Below are positions 26,271 to 33,715 of a DNA stretch of 64,000 nt, one piece after another (the first letter of the stretch is position 1; each line of letters opens with the position of its first letter). The stretch lies in IMG/VR virus record IMGVR_UViG_2834368228_000004, positions 64,001-128,000 of that record. One strand, given 5' to 3'. The translations under genes were made by a program, and so were the position numbers. The notes under the pieces are model-generated. The model was not told the DNA's origin. It searched no databases and was given only the letters and a program-made list of their open reading frames with translations. Source of the DNA: a virus. Its lineage: Duplodnaviria > Caudoviricetes.

Positions 26271-26546
26271 GTGAAAATAAAAAAGGAGAAAAGTAAAATG
26301 CGAACACTTTATGAGATTGTTGAAGACATGCAAGCTAGTAAGATGCCAACACATGAAGAATGCTATTATGCTCTGCAAGTATATCGTTCCATGTTTAATA
26401 TAGAACATCGCAAGTATAGAGAGGAACTAACAAGAAAAGAAAGAAGCTCAAAGTGGTATCGAGAACAATCTGCTGAACTAAGCTTTGATATGTATAAAGC
26501 CGCATTATCTACATCACCAAAGGAATGGATGGGGGAGGGAAAATAA
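26271..26546 (+). CDS. Phage hypothetical protein
   Basis: MRTLYEIVE..PTHEECYYAL..SPKEWMG; probable start at internal Met. Confidence 0.6.
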   Translation: MKIKKEKSKMRTLYEIVEDMQASKMPTHEECYYALQVYRSMFNIEHRKYREELTRKERSSKWYREQSAELSFDMYKAALSTSPKEWMGEGK

Positions 26547-27082
26547 TGTTAAAACCAGCTTTACTTTTTAAAGATCAACTAGAAAGTAAATTTATCGAAA
26601 CGGCTTACGAGGAAAAATATAAATATTACGTTAGCAATAACTATGTTGATTTCGAACTAAACCTACAGCGGGATAGTTGGACTGCAATCGAATTTGTCAG
26701 TATCGACAAAGATAATAATCTATTAGGATTTCTTGGAGCAAGGATTGATAGAAATTCAAATTCTGTCAGCTCATTGAGTGTAATCAATTTCTATGATGTT
26801 AACTACACATTCTCTAAAGATTTTCGACAGTTTTTAGATGACCTTTTATTTAAATTTAACTTCAATAAAATCAAATTCAGTGTTGTAGTTGGTAATCCTG
26901 CCGAAAAGATGTATGACAAGTATGTAGAGCATTACGGTGGGAGGATAGTTGGTATTTTTAAAGAGCATGTAGTTCTTACTGACAATCATTATTATGATTG
27001 GAAAACCTATGAAGTTTTCAGAAAAGATGTATTAAATAAAAGAGATAAAAAGGGGGTGACAAACAGTGGGGTGGAAGTATGA
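26546..27082 (+). CDS. GNAT (RimJ/RimL-like) acetyltransferase-fold protein
   Basis: TAATG coupling; FNFNKIKFSVVVGNPAEKMYDK...GGRIVG....D...YE. Confidence 0.6.
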   Translation: MLKPALLFKDQLESKFIETAYEEKYKYYVSNNYVDFELNLQRDSWTAIEFVSIDKDNNLLGFLGARIDRNSNSVSSLSVINFYDVNYTFSKDFRQFLDDLLFKFNFNKIKFSVVVGNPAEKMYDKYVEHYGGRIVGIFKEHVVLTDNHYYDWKTYEVFRKDVLNKRDKKGVTNSGVEV

Positions 27083-27194
27083 GGTTAAATATCTAAATGG
27101 CTTAGGTGTGAAAGATTTATACACAAATAACTGGTTCGAGTTTATAAAGACTCGAATTGCTAAGAAGGTTATATATTATAAAGTGTACAAATGA
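27066..27194 (+). CDS. Small hypothetical protein (42 aa)
   Basis: GTG after GGGGGTG; MGWKYEVKYLNG... Confidence 0.45.
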   Translation: MGWKYEVKYLNGLGVKDLYTNNWFEFIKTRIAKKVIYYKVYK

Positions 27195-27245
27195 AGCTTA
27201 CGGTAGAACAAGTTTTGGTTAGAAGATAGTTAAAGGAGTGATTCT

Positions 27246-27713
27246 ATGACACAAGAAAAAATTGAAAAAAGTAAACAGGATACATTGAAACACATCGACG
27301 AAGTGCGAAATGCAATACAGGCTGCCATTAAAGAATTAGAATGTCGAGCAAAGTATCATGATCAATCAAAGTTAGAAGAACCTGAGCTCTCTATCTTTGC
27401 AGAATATGGTCCCAGGTTGAAAGAAACAACCTACGGTTCAGATGAATATAAAAATAATTTAAAAGAAATGAATAAAGCCTTGCAGCATCACTATGAAAAT
27501 AACACACATCATCCAGAGTATTATGAAAACGGAGTAAGTGGAATGGACATCTTCGATGTCATTGAAATGCTTTGTGATTGGGTTGCAGCATGCAAGAGAC
27601 ATGATGACGGTGACGTTATGAGAAGCCTAGAGATTAATAAAAATAGATTTAACTTAGATAACCAGCTGTATCAAATATTCAAAAATACATTTGAAAGAAA
27701 TATCTTAGAATAA
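27246..27713 (+). CDS. DUF5662 / HD-like metal-dependent phosphohydrolase
   Basis: HI..V, HDQSK, HHYENNTHHPEY, EMLCDW. Confidence 0.75.
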   Translation: MTQEKIEKSKQDTLKHIDEVRNAIQAAIKELECRAKYHDQSKLEEPELSIFAEYGPRLKETTYGSDEYKNNLKEMNKALQHHYENNTHHPEYYENGVSGMDIFDVIEMLCDWVAACKRHDDGDVMRSLEINKNRFNLDNQLYQIFKNTFERNILE

Positions 27714-27727
27714 GGGAGATTATTAAC

Positions 27728-28258
27728 ATGAAGAATATATGGTTAAAAATTAAAAGCTTTTTTAAGAAGAAAAAAGAAGTTGAGATTCATCCGAGGTGGC
27801 ATAGATTCCATGAGCTAGATGCAGACCGTATTTATATACTAGCAGATAGAGCCACAGGTAAAACATTTAATATGTTTTATCATTTATTAGAGAGTGATAA
27901 CGAAACTGCTTTATGGGTATGTCATTCCTATTTTAATTTAGATTATCTAATAAAGATAATAAGTGAAGAGTTCGATTTAAAACTTGAAAGATCTGGAACA
28001 ATATTCAATATAAAGTATAAAGGTAAAGAGAAAAAGGTTTATTTCATATCTTCAAAAGGATTTGTAAATACAAAAGGTTTACGTGTGGATGCAGTGTATG
28101 TAGACGATGCCAAATTAAATATGAGTCTCATTAATGCCCTTACACCTGTTTCAAACAAATTAATCATTACAGATGATAGAGAATTTAACTTTATTGATTC
28201 AAAAGAATCTGTAGATTTCTTGTTTAATACAATGGATGCCCATCTCATAATTAAATAA
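27728..28258 (+). CDS. Stand-alone degenerate terminase-type ATPase domain
   Basis: DRATGKT Walker A and KGLRVDAVYVDD Walker B resemble GRRVGKT / RGQRADFIFMDE of the terminase in this window; no nuclease domain. Confidence 0.6.
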   Translation: MKNIWLKIKSFFKKKKEVEIHPRWHRFHELDADRIYILADRATGKTFNMFYHLLESDNETALWVCHSYFNLDYLIKIISEEFDLKLERSGTIFNIKYKGKEKKVYFISSKGFVNTKGLRVDAVYVDDAKLNMSLINALTPVSNKLIITDDREFNFIDSKESVDFLFNTMDAHLIIK

Positions 28259-28288
28259 TAATAAATTTAAAAAAGTTTACAAAAGCAC

Positions 28289-28317
28289 TTGTAATGCATT
28301 ACATTTTGATGTAATAT
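28289..28317 (+). promoter_or_regulatory. Sigma-A-type promoter for the tRNA/GOLLD locus, operator over -35
   Basis: TTGTAA-17 bp-TAATAT; TGTAATGCATTACA at 28290-28303. Confidence 0.7.
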
Positions 28318-28414
28318 GTATTTAAGGTATGATTGATGAGTTTTCAGTTTTCCAACTCCTTTCGAATTTGTGATTATCATTAGACATGTATCCCCCATAC
28401 ATGTCTAAAAAAAT

Positions 28415-28486
28415 TGGGATATAGCTCAGCGGTAGAGCAATCGGCTGTTAACCGATAGGTCGTAGGTTCGAAACCTACTATCCCAG
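28415..28486 (+). tRNA. tRNA-Asn(GTT)
   Basis: Acceptor TGGGATA/TATCCCA, anticodon arm ATCGG-CTGTTAA-CCGAT, GTTCGAAAC T-arm; CCA not encoded. Confidence 0.95.
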
Positions 28487-28492
28487 TAATAT

Positions 28493-28572
28493 GTTCCCTA
28501 CTAGATGGTAGTTGACTCCATAGCGAGTGTACAGTAACTATGGACGAGGAGGTTCGATTCCAACAGGGAGCG
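28493..28572 (+). ncRNA. tRNA-like element / pseudo-tRNA
   Basis: Acceptor GTTCCCT/AGGGAGC, GGTA D-loop-like segment, 7-bp stem TCCATAG/CTATGGA with 14-nt loop, GGTTCGATTCC T-loop with broken stem. Confidence 0.55.
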
Positions 28573-28578
28573 GCATAA

Positions 28579-28653
28579 TGCGGTGTAGCTCAGTTTGTGT
28601 AGAGCGCTTGGTTTGGGTCCAAGAGGTCGCAGGTTCAAGTCCTGTCACTGCAA
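28579..28653 (+). tRNA. tRNA-Pro(TGG)
   Basis: Acceptor TGCGGTG/CACTGCA, anticodon arm CTTGG-TTTGGGT-CCAAG, GTTCAAGTC T-arm. Confidence 0.93.
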
Positions 28654-28669
28654 TCGATAATATTAAAAG

Positions 28670-29480
28670 AAATATCGGCTTGGCGATGATAGCTATGCGT
28701 GAGTATAGTAAAGGTGGTTTGACAAACTGCCGCTACATATGTAGTCAATCCAAGCACTACGACTTTCCAGGTCTTCATGTAACCAATGGAGATAGCTTTT
28801 GAAATCAAAGGAGAGTTCCTTGCGAGGGCAACGCTGTAGCGAGGTGGCATTAGGTGGCACTGATGCGCTCCACGCCAATTTGATTAAAAAGTGAGAAAGA
28901 ATCGGAAGGCTATCAGTTTGAGGTTTGACAACCAAAGGCGTTAGTCAATGTCTAAAGAGACCTGTCAACTACATATAAGATTGGCACAGTACCTTTAGGG
29001 ATCGTTCGAGTAACTAGTCGGTGAAAGAACAGGGTGGTGTGTGGTATTTTGTTCTCCAAAAGGGAATGAAGCCACTGGAACAGCACATCATCAGTTGAAA
29101 GGATAAATAATAAATTATAGTTTCTTATTTGGGAATAAGAGTCCAATACAACATATTACATTACAGTGAAAGCCTGTTCCACGAAATAACGAAAGCGACT
29201 TAATCCTTCACTCCATGAGAATGAAGGGGCTGATGAGTCTCGCAAGGCTCAAAAGCTTTTGTTCCGATTTGCAAGGTTCTCTTAGCGGAGATTTGTAGCG
29301 TGGCAACGTTGACTGAATTTGAAGAGCAGAGTAGTTATTTCGATGTGTCATATTATGCTAGACACATTAAACTAAAGCAGTCGTGGTCATTACTTGAGCG
29401 CTTATAGGTTCAAGTGGACACGTGAGGAATACATAATCTCACTAAAGATGACTAAGAAAGAGTTTAGTCTCAGCTCTTTC
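28670..29480 (+). ncRNA. GOLLD RNA (~800 nt)
   Basis: Hairpin-dense region with no credible ORF after tRNAs; GOLLD-like GGTGGTGTGTGGTATTTTGTTCTCCAAAAGGGAATGAAGCCACTGGAACAGCACATCA segment and terminal GAAAGAG-TTTAGTCTCAG-CTCTTTC hairpin; boundaries approximate. Confidence 0.8.
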
Positions 29481-29650
29481 ATTACATACTATTTTTCTCG
29501 GAAGGAGTTAAGGTTTTTCCTCCAGTTTTTCCTTAACACCTTCCGAGAGGGATAGTAAGTGCACTTCCTGTTCATATATAAACCACCTTTCCGTTAATTA
29601 AGTTTTAAATCACTTACTATCTCTTAATTAGGATTGTAAAATTCCTTCCA

Positions 29651-29697
29651 AAAATGGGGAGCAGCTTTTAGCCATGTAGCTGTTCTTCATTTTTTTT
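29651..29697 (+). terminator. Intrinsic terminator ending the ncRNA locus
   Basis: ATGGGGAGCAGCT/AGCTGTTCTTCAT followed by a T-run. Confidence 0.75.
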
Positions 29698-29717
29698 GTT
29701 TTTAATAGAGAAAAGAC

Positions 29718-29746
29718 TTGCCTTTTATGGCATATATAGGTAAAAT
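29718..29746 (+). promoter_or_regulatory. Sigma-A promoter of the par operon
   Basis: TTGCCT-17 bp-TAAAAT. Confidence 0.75.
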
Positions 29747-29764
29747 GACATTAAGTTAAAAATG

Positions 29765-29806
29765 TTAACAAATTAAACATACTAAACATAATAAACATTT
29801 TAAACA
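29765..29806 (+). repeat. parC-like centromere: five TWAACA repeats at 9-bp period
   Basis: Starts 29765, 29774, 29783, 29792, 29801, between promoter and RBS of the actin gene. Confidence 0.75.
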
Positions 29807-29826
29807 AATGAAGGGTGGAAGGAAAA

Positions 29827-30984
29827 ATGGCAAACGAAAAGAAGCAGATGCATCTAGTGGCAGTCGATGTAGGTTTTGGGGGATTAAAGTACATGTCAAA
29901 CAGCAAGCCAGAGCCACAGGTTATACCAAGTGGAGTTGTTACTGGTGTACCAGCAAGTAGACCATTACTATCATCAAGTGATATTAATATTAATGAGTTA
30001 GTAGTCCAAACAGAAGAAGGCACATACTTTGTTGGAGAGAATGCGTTAGGTATGCCAGTAGAAGAGAATGTTAGTGTGCGTACAGAAAAGCGTAATCGTG
30101 CTCATGATGTAAAAAGCCGAGTTTTATTCCACACTGGAATTGGTTTAAGCTTACCTGATATAGATGGAAAATATGAAGTTACAATTGTGACTGGTCTTCC
30201 AAACAGTGACTACGACAAAAGCATTCATGATGATTTACGAGCTTTCTTAGAAAAAGATTTTACAGTAGAGTTTTACTTGGATAGAGAAAATAGTATAAAA
30301 AAAGAGGTAAAAGTAGCTAAAGTAATTATCTTGCGTCAGCCAGAGGGAACAGTTACGTATAATCAATTTAGATTTGATCCTGAATCGTTCATTGTGCCGT
30401 CTAACAGTCGTGCTGATTATCTTGGAGTAATTGATTTCGGACATGTTTCTACTGACTATGCGCTATTTAGAAATGGAGTAGTAATAGAAGACCCAACCAA
30501 AAACAAGTCAACTATCGGTGTAACAGAAGTGTATAAACGTCTTCGTCAAGCTGTAGAATTGAAGTTCAGTGACATGGGCTATATGTTCCACCCTTCAGAT
30601 CAAGATCTTGATTATGCGATTCAAACAAACCATATCCGTTATCGCAATCAAGACTTTGATATATCAGATGAAATTGAAATGGTTGTTAGGGATCGTGCAA
30701 GACCTATTACTGATTCAATTACTACTGCCTGGGGCAATGAAGCGAACCGTCTTCAATTGATTATTGCGACTGGTGGAGGAGCTCATGTTTATGCTCAAGA
30801 AGTAAGAAGGAATTTTGAGTCAGAGAATATCCAAGGATTCATTATTATGGAAAATTCTAGGTTCACAAATCTCTTAGGATTCTACATGTATGGAGCATTG
30901 GAGCTATCAGATACTTATGGTACTGAAAAAGTAATGGAGCTATATGTGAATCCGGTTAAGGAGTTGCATGAGCATGTCGCATAG
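29827..30984 (+). CDS. parM: ParM/StbA-family actin-like partition ATPase
   Basis: VDVGFGGLK, VTGLP, QPEG, IDFGHVSTD, ATGGGA actin-fold motifs. Confidence 0.88.
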   Translation: MANEKKQMHLVAVDVGFGGLKYMSNSKPEPQVIPSGVVTGVPASRPLLSSSDININELVVQTEEGTYFVGENALGMPVEENVSVRTEKRNRAHDVKSRVLFHTGIGLSLPDIDGKYEVTIVTGLPNSDYDKSIHDDLRAFLEKDFTVEFYLDRENSIKKEVKVAKVIILRQPEGTVTYNQFRFDPESFIVPSNSRADYLGVIDFGHVSTDYALFRNGVVIEDPTKNKSTIGVTEVYKRLRQAVELKFSDMGYMFHPSDQDLDYAIQTNHIRYRNQDFDISDEIEMVVRDRARPITDSITTAWGNEANRLQLIIATGGGAHVYAQEVRRNFESENIQGFIIMENSRFTNLLGFYMYGALELSDTYGTEKVMELYVNPVKELHEHVA

Positions 30985-31159
30985 TGATAAGCAAATGCTT
31001 GTAGCTCGAATCAGAAAAGACGATCATATTTTGAGAGATTACTTTAATGATATAAAACAGAGTGATCGAGCATACGAAGTCAGAAGATTGCTTGAAAAAG
31101 CTATCATCATAGAACAAAAAGAAAAAGAAGAAATACGAAAATTAAAAGAGGAACAGTAA
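30968..31159 (+). CDS. ParR-like ribbon-helix-helix adaptor
   Basis: Small protein overlapping parM stop; MLVARIRKDD..L..YF...RAYEVRRLLEKAI RHH-like pattern. Confidence 0.65.
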   Translation: MSMSHSDKQMLVARIRKDDHILRDYFNDIKQSDRAYEVRRLLEKAIIIEQKEKEEIRKLKEEQ

Positions 31160-31227
31160 CTCCATCTCATTTGAAGAGTTATTTCAAGCAATTTAGAGCA
31201 ATTCTATCATTTGAATATAAGCATGCC

Positions 31228-31262
31228 AAGGCAGAGTACAAGAGATGTATTCTGCCTTTTTT
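31228..31262 (+). terminator. Intrinsic terminator after the par operon
   Basis: AAGGCAGAGTACA/TGTATTCTGCCTT followed by a T-run. Confidence 0.8.
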
Positions 31263-31403
31263 GCGTGGATTTAGCGACGTTTATTAATATGTTAGGACGT
31301 TGTAGAATTAAGATACGGGCCTACTGCACCGCCTCATACAGGACCATTGGTTTAGGGGGATCGAGTGAGTAGAGCCTTTTTTTGATATAGGGAGGTGCAA
31401 ATC

Positions 31404-32159
31404 ATGGGAAAGACTGGCCCGAAAACAGAAGCTGGATTAGCAACGGTTTCAGCAAATTCAAGAGAGCTTGACCACTCTGCATGGACAAAAAATCCAGAAG
31501 CTGTAGAAGCAATAGAAACAGCAAAGCGATTAAGAAATACAAAGCACGGAATGTATGCTGCAGTGCCAATTATCTGTAAAGCAGATGGTTGTCCATATGC
31601 TCAGTCATGTCCGTTACTAGAAATGGCACAAGCACCATATGGTGAAAAGTGTCCAATAGAAATAGCAGCTATTGAAGATTTGTTTGGCAGATATGCAGAA
31701 CACTTTGATATTAATTTAGATAATAAAAAAGCTGGAGATACAGTTGATTTGATGATGGTAAAAGATCTGGTTGATGCTGATATAGGAATACTGCGATGCG
31801 ATAGTAAGATGGCTTGGGACGCTGACTATATCATACACAACACAGTTGGGGTAACTGATAACGGTGATCCAATTACAAAACAGGAGCTTCATCCTTTAAC
31901 AGATTATCGAGAGAAATTAGTTAACCGCAAACATAAAACCTTCCAACTGTTGAACTCCACACGTAAAGACAAAGTAGGATCAAAAATAACGGTATCTGCT
32001 GATCCTTCAGTACGAGCCGCTGAAATGTTAAAGGTACATGAAGACATGGCTCGGATTGAACAAGAAGAGAAGGAAGCTGAATTAGCCTATTATAAAAAAA
32101 TGAATTCAAGCATTCCCGATGTTATTGATGTAGAACCAATAGATTTTGAAAAGGAGTGA
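31404..32159 (+). CDS. Probable terminase small subunit
   Basis: GPKT.AG, KHGMYA, C...CPY...CPL, CPIE; first gene of the morphogenesis operon. Confidence 0.55.
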   Translation: MGKTGPKTEAGLATVSANSRELDHSAWTKNPEAVEAIETAKRLRNTKHGMYAAVPIICKADGCPYAQSCPLLEMAQAPYGEKCPIEIAAIEDLFGRYAEHFDINLDNKKAGDTVDLMMVKDLVDADIGILRCDSKMAWDADYIIHNTVGVTDNGDPITKQELHPLTDYREKLVNRKHKTFQLLNSTRKDKVGSKITVSADPSVRAAEMLKVHEDMARIEQEEKEAELAYYKKMNSSIPDVIDVEPIDFEKE

Positions 32160-32164
32160 GAAGA

Positions 32165-32488
32165 ATGAATCCAAGACTTATTGCTAATCAAGCAGTTAAC
32201 AGTTTTAGAAGCATGGGGAGAGATGTCCGTTCTACTTTTACAGGTGATGGTAAAGACTTAACTTATGCTTTTCGAACCCCAGAAGCAAGAGCGGCTTATG
32301 ACAAACTTCCATTAGATCAAAGAGCAGGACATAAATGGGATAGAGGTAGCTTTAACCGAAGACGTGCTGCTGCCGCTGCAGGTGCCGCTTACGTAGGTGG
32401 AGATGCAACTTACCGAACATTAAGTGGTGGTTCTGCTTATCGAAATAGCTCTGGAGAAAGTGACGTTGTTGGGATTCCAATGATATAG
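32165..32488 (+). CDS. Gly/Ala/Arg-rich putative virion protein
   Basis: Basic, with AAAAAGAAYVGG hydrophobic stretch. Confidence 0.55.
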   Translation: MNPRLIANQAVNSFRSMGRDVRSTFTGDGKDLTYAFRTPEARAAYDKLPLDQRAGHKWDRGSFNRRRAAAAAGAAYVGGDATYRTLSGGSAYRNSSGESDVVGIPMI

Positions 32489-32498
32489 GGGTGAGACT

Positions 32499-32840
32499 AT
32501 GGCTAGGGCTGGAAGGTTTATACAAGGATTAAAAAGAGAGTTTAATCCAAAAGATCCTTTTATTAAAAAAGTAGACTATCGAAATGTAAATAACTTATGG
32601 ACAGGTAGAGAAGTTGGTGGAAAAGGAAAAATTGCAATTGCAGCAAGTGCCATTGGCTTTGGTGGGCATCAAATTTATTCGGCTCCATATGAGCGTATTA
32701 GGCAAGAAGCTGAAATGCAAGCTCCTCAATCACTTCCTGGAACACGTGGAGACATGCAAGAGTATACACCAAATATATCTAATATGGAAGTCAGCGGAGA
32801 CTTAGCATTTGCTCTTCATAATTTAAGGCATGGCGGGTGA
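32499..32840 (+). CDS. Gly/Ala-rich putative virion protein
   Basis: IAIAASAIGFGG; C-terminal SGDLAFALHNLRHGG. Confidence 0.55.
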   Translation: MARAGRFIQGLKREFNPKDPFIKKVDYRNVNNLWTGREVGGKGKIAIAASAIGFGGHQIYSAPYERIRQEAEMQAPQSLPGTRGDMQEYTPNISNMEVSGDLAFALHNLRHGG

Positions 32841-32845
32841 TATAA

Positions 32846-33277
32846 ATGGCAGTAAAACAAGAACCACAGAATGGAAAAGGTTCAATAAATAAATTAAATC
32901 GTCTTAATGCTGGATTAGGGATTGGATTTGTTGGAGTAGATTCATACATGCGTATGCAAGAGGGAGAATCTGCCCCTGTTGCAGTAGGAAAAGCTTTATT
33001 AACAAATGCAGTGTGGGCAATGGCTCCTGGAGGAGTTTTAGGTGGACTGGCAATATCTGCAGGTGCCGCTGCCGTGCAAATCGCACCAGATCTAATTAAT
33101 AAAGCAGAACAGAAAAAAGCTGAATTTCATCAAAACTTAAACCGTTTTGGAAGTAACTATCAGTCAACAGCTGCTCAGCAATCCCTTCAACAACAAGGAA
33201 TTAATCAAATTCAGCAAGCAAGACAGCATGTCGCTAATGTAGCGAATCATGCCCGTGGAGCACAACGAGTTTATTAA
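32846..33277 (+). CDS. Gly/Ala/Gln-rich putative virion protein
   Basis: Glycine-zipper-like GGVLGGLAISAGAAA. Confidence 0.55.
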   Translation: MAVKQEPQNGKGSINKLNRLNAGLGIGFVGVDSYMRMQEGESAPVAVGKALLTNAVWAMAPGGVLGGLAISAGAAAVQIAPDLINKAEQKKAEFHQNLNRFGSNYQSTAAQQSLQQQGINQIQQARQHVANVANHARGAQRVY

Positions 33278-33291
33278 AGGAGGATAAAAAC

Positions 33292-33705
33292 ATGTATATG
33301 GCAAGCAATGAAGCTTATAACCCTCAAGCAAGCAATCAGCCATACCAACGAGTTGATTCAGGAATTGGAGTGGGTGCTGTAGCGGGATCTTCTATTGCTT
33401 TAGCTTCAGCAGCTGCAACAGATTTTGGAATGAGTCGATTTAGACAAACCAGAGAAACTGGCAGAACAATGAGTAATGAAAATGGAAATATTAATATTGA
33501 TAGTAAAGCGTTACGTAAACTTTCTCCAGAAGATCGAAAGGCTATGGGAATTGATACGATGGCTCCTGTTGAAAAAAGAACAGTAATGGGTAATACTCGT
33601 GGAATGTTATTTGGTAATAGTAGACTTGGAAAAGTTGCAAGGTATGCGGGTTATGGACTGGCTGGGGGCGGCATTGGAGCTGTAGCTGGAATGTATTCAG
33701 AATAG
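33292..33705 (+). CDS. Gly/Ala-rich putative virion protein
   Basis: GIGVGAVAG and GLAGGGIGAVAG glycine zippers. Confidence 0.55.
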   Translation: MYMASNEAYNPQASNQPYQRVDSGIGVGAVAGSSIALASAAATDFGMSRFRQTRETGRTMSNENGNINIDSKALRKLSPEDRKAMGIDTMAPVEKRTVMGNTRGMLFGNSRLGKVARYAGYGLAGGGIGAVAGMYSE

Positions 33706-33715
33706 GCTGTAAGCA

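Noticed and set aside
28527-29146. Short ORFs on both strands over the tRNA/GOLLD region
   Set aside because: They overlap tRNA-Pro and the structured RNA and lack convincing RBSs
29229-29257. CTGATGA inside GOLLD resembling a hammerhead core
   Set aside because: The following stem is succeeded by CAAAA rather than GAAA and stems I and III are missing; read as a GOLLD hairpin
31270-31310. Late-promoter consensus (AATAT.TTA...CGTTGT, also near 35510-35532)
   Set aside because: Only two loosely similar instances with different spacing; cannot be supported
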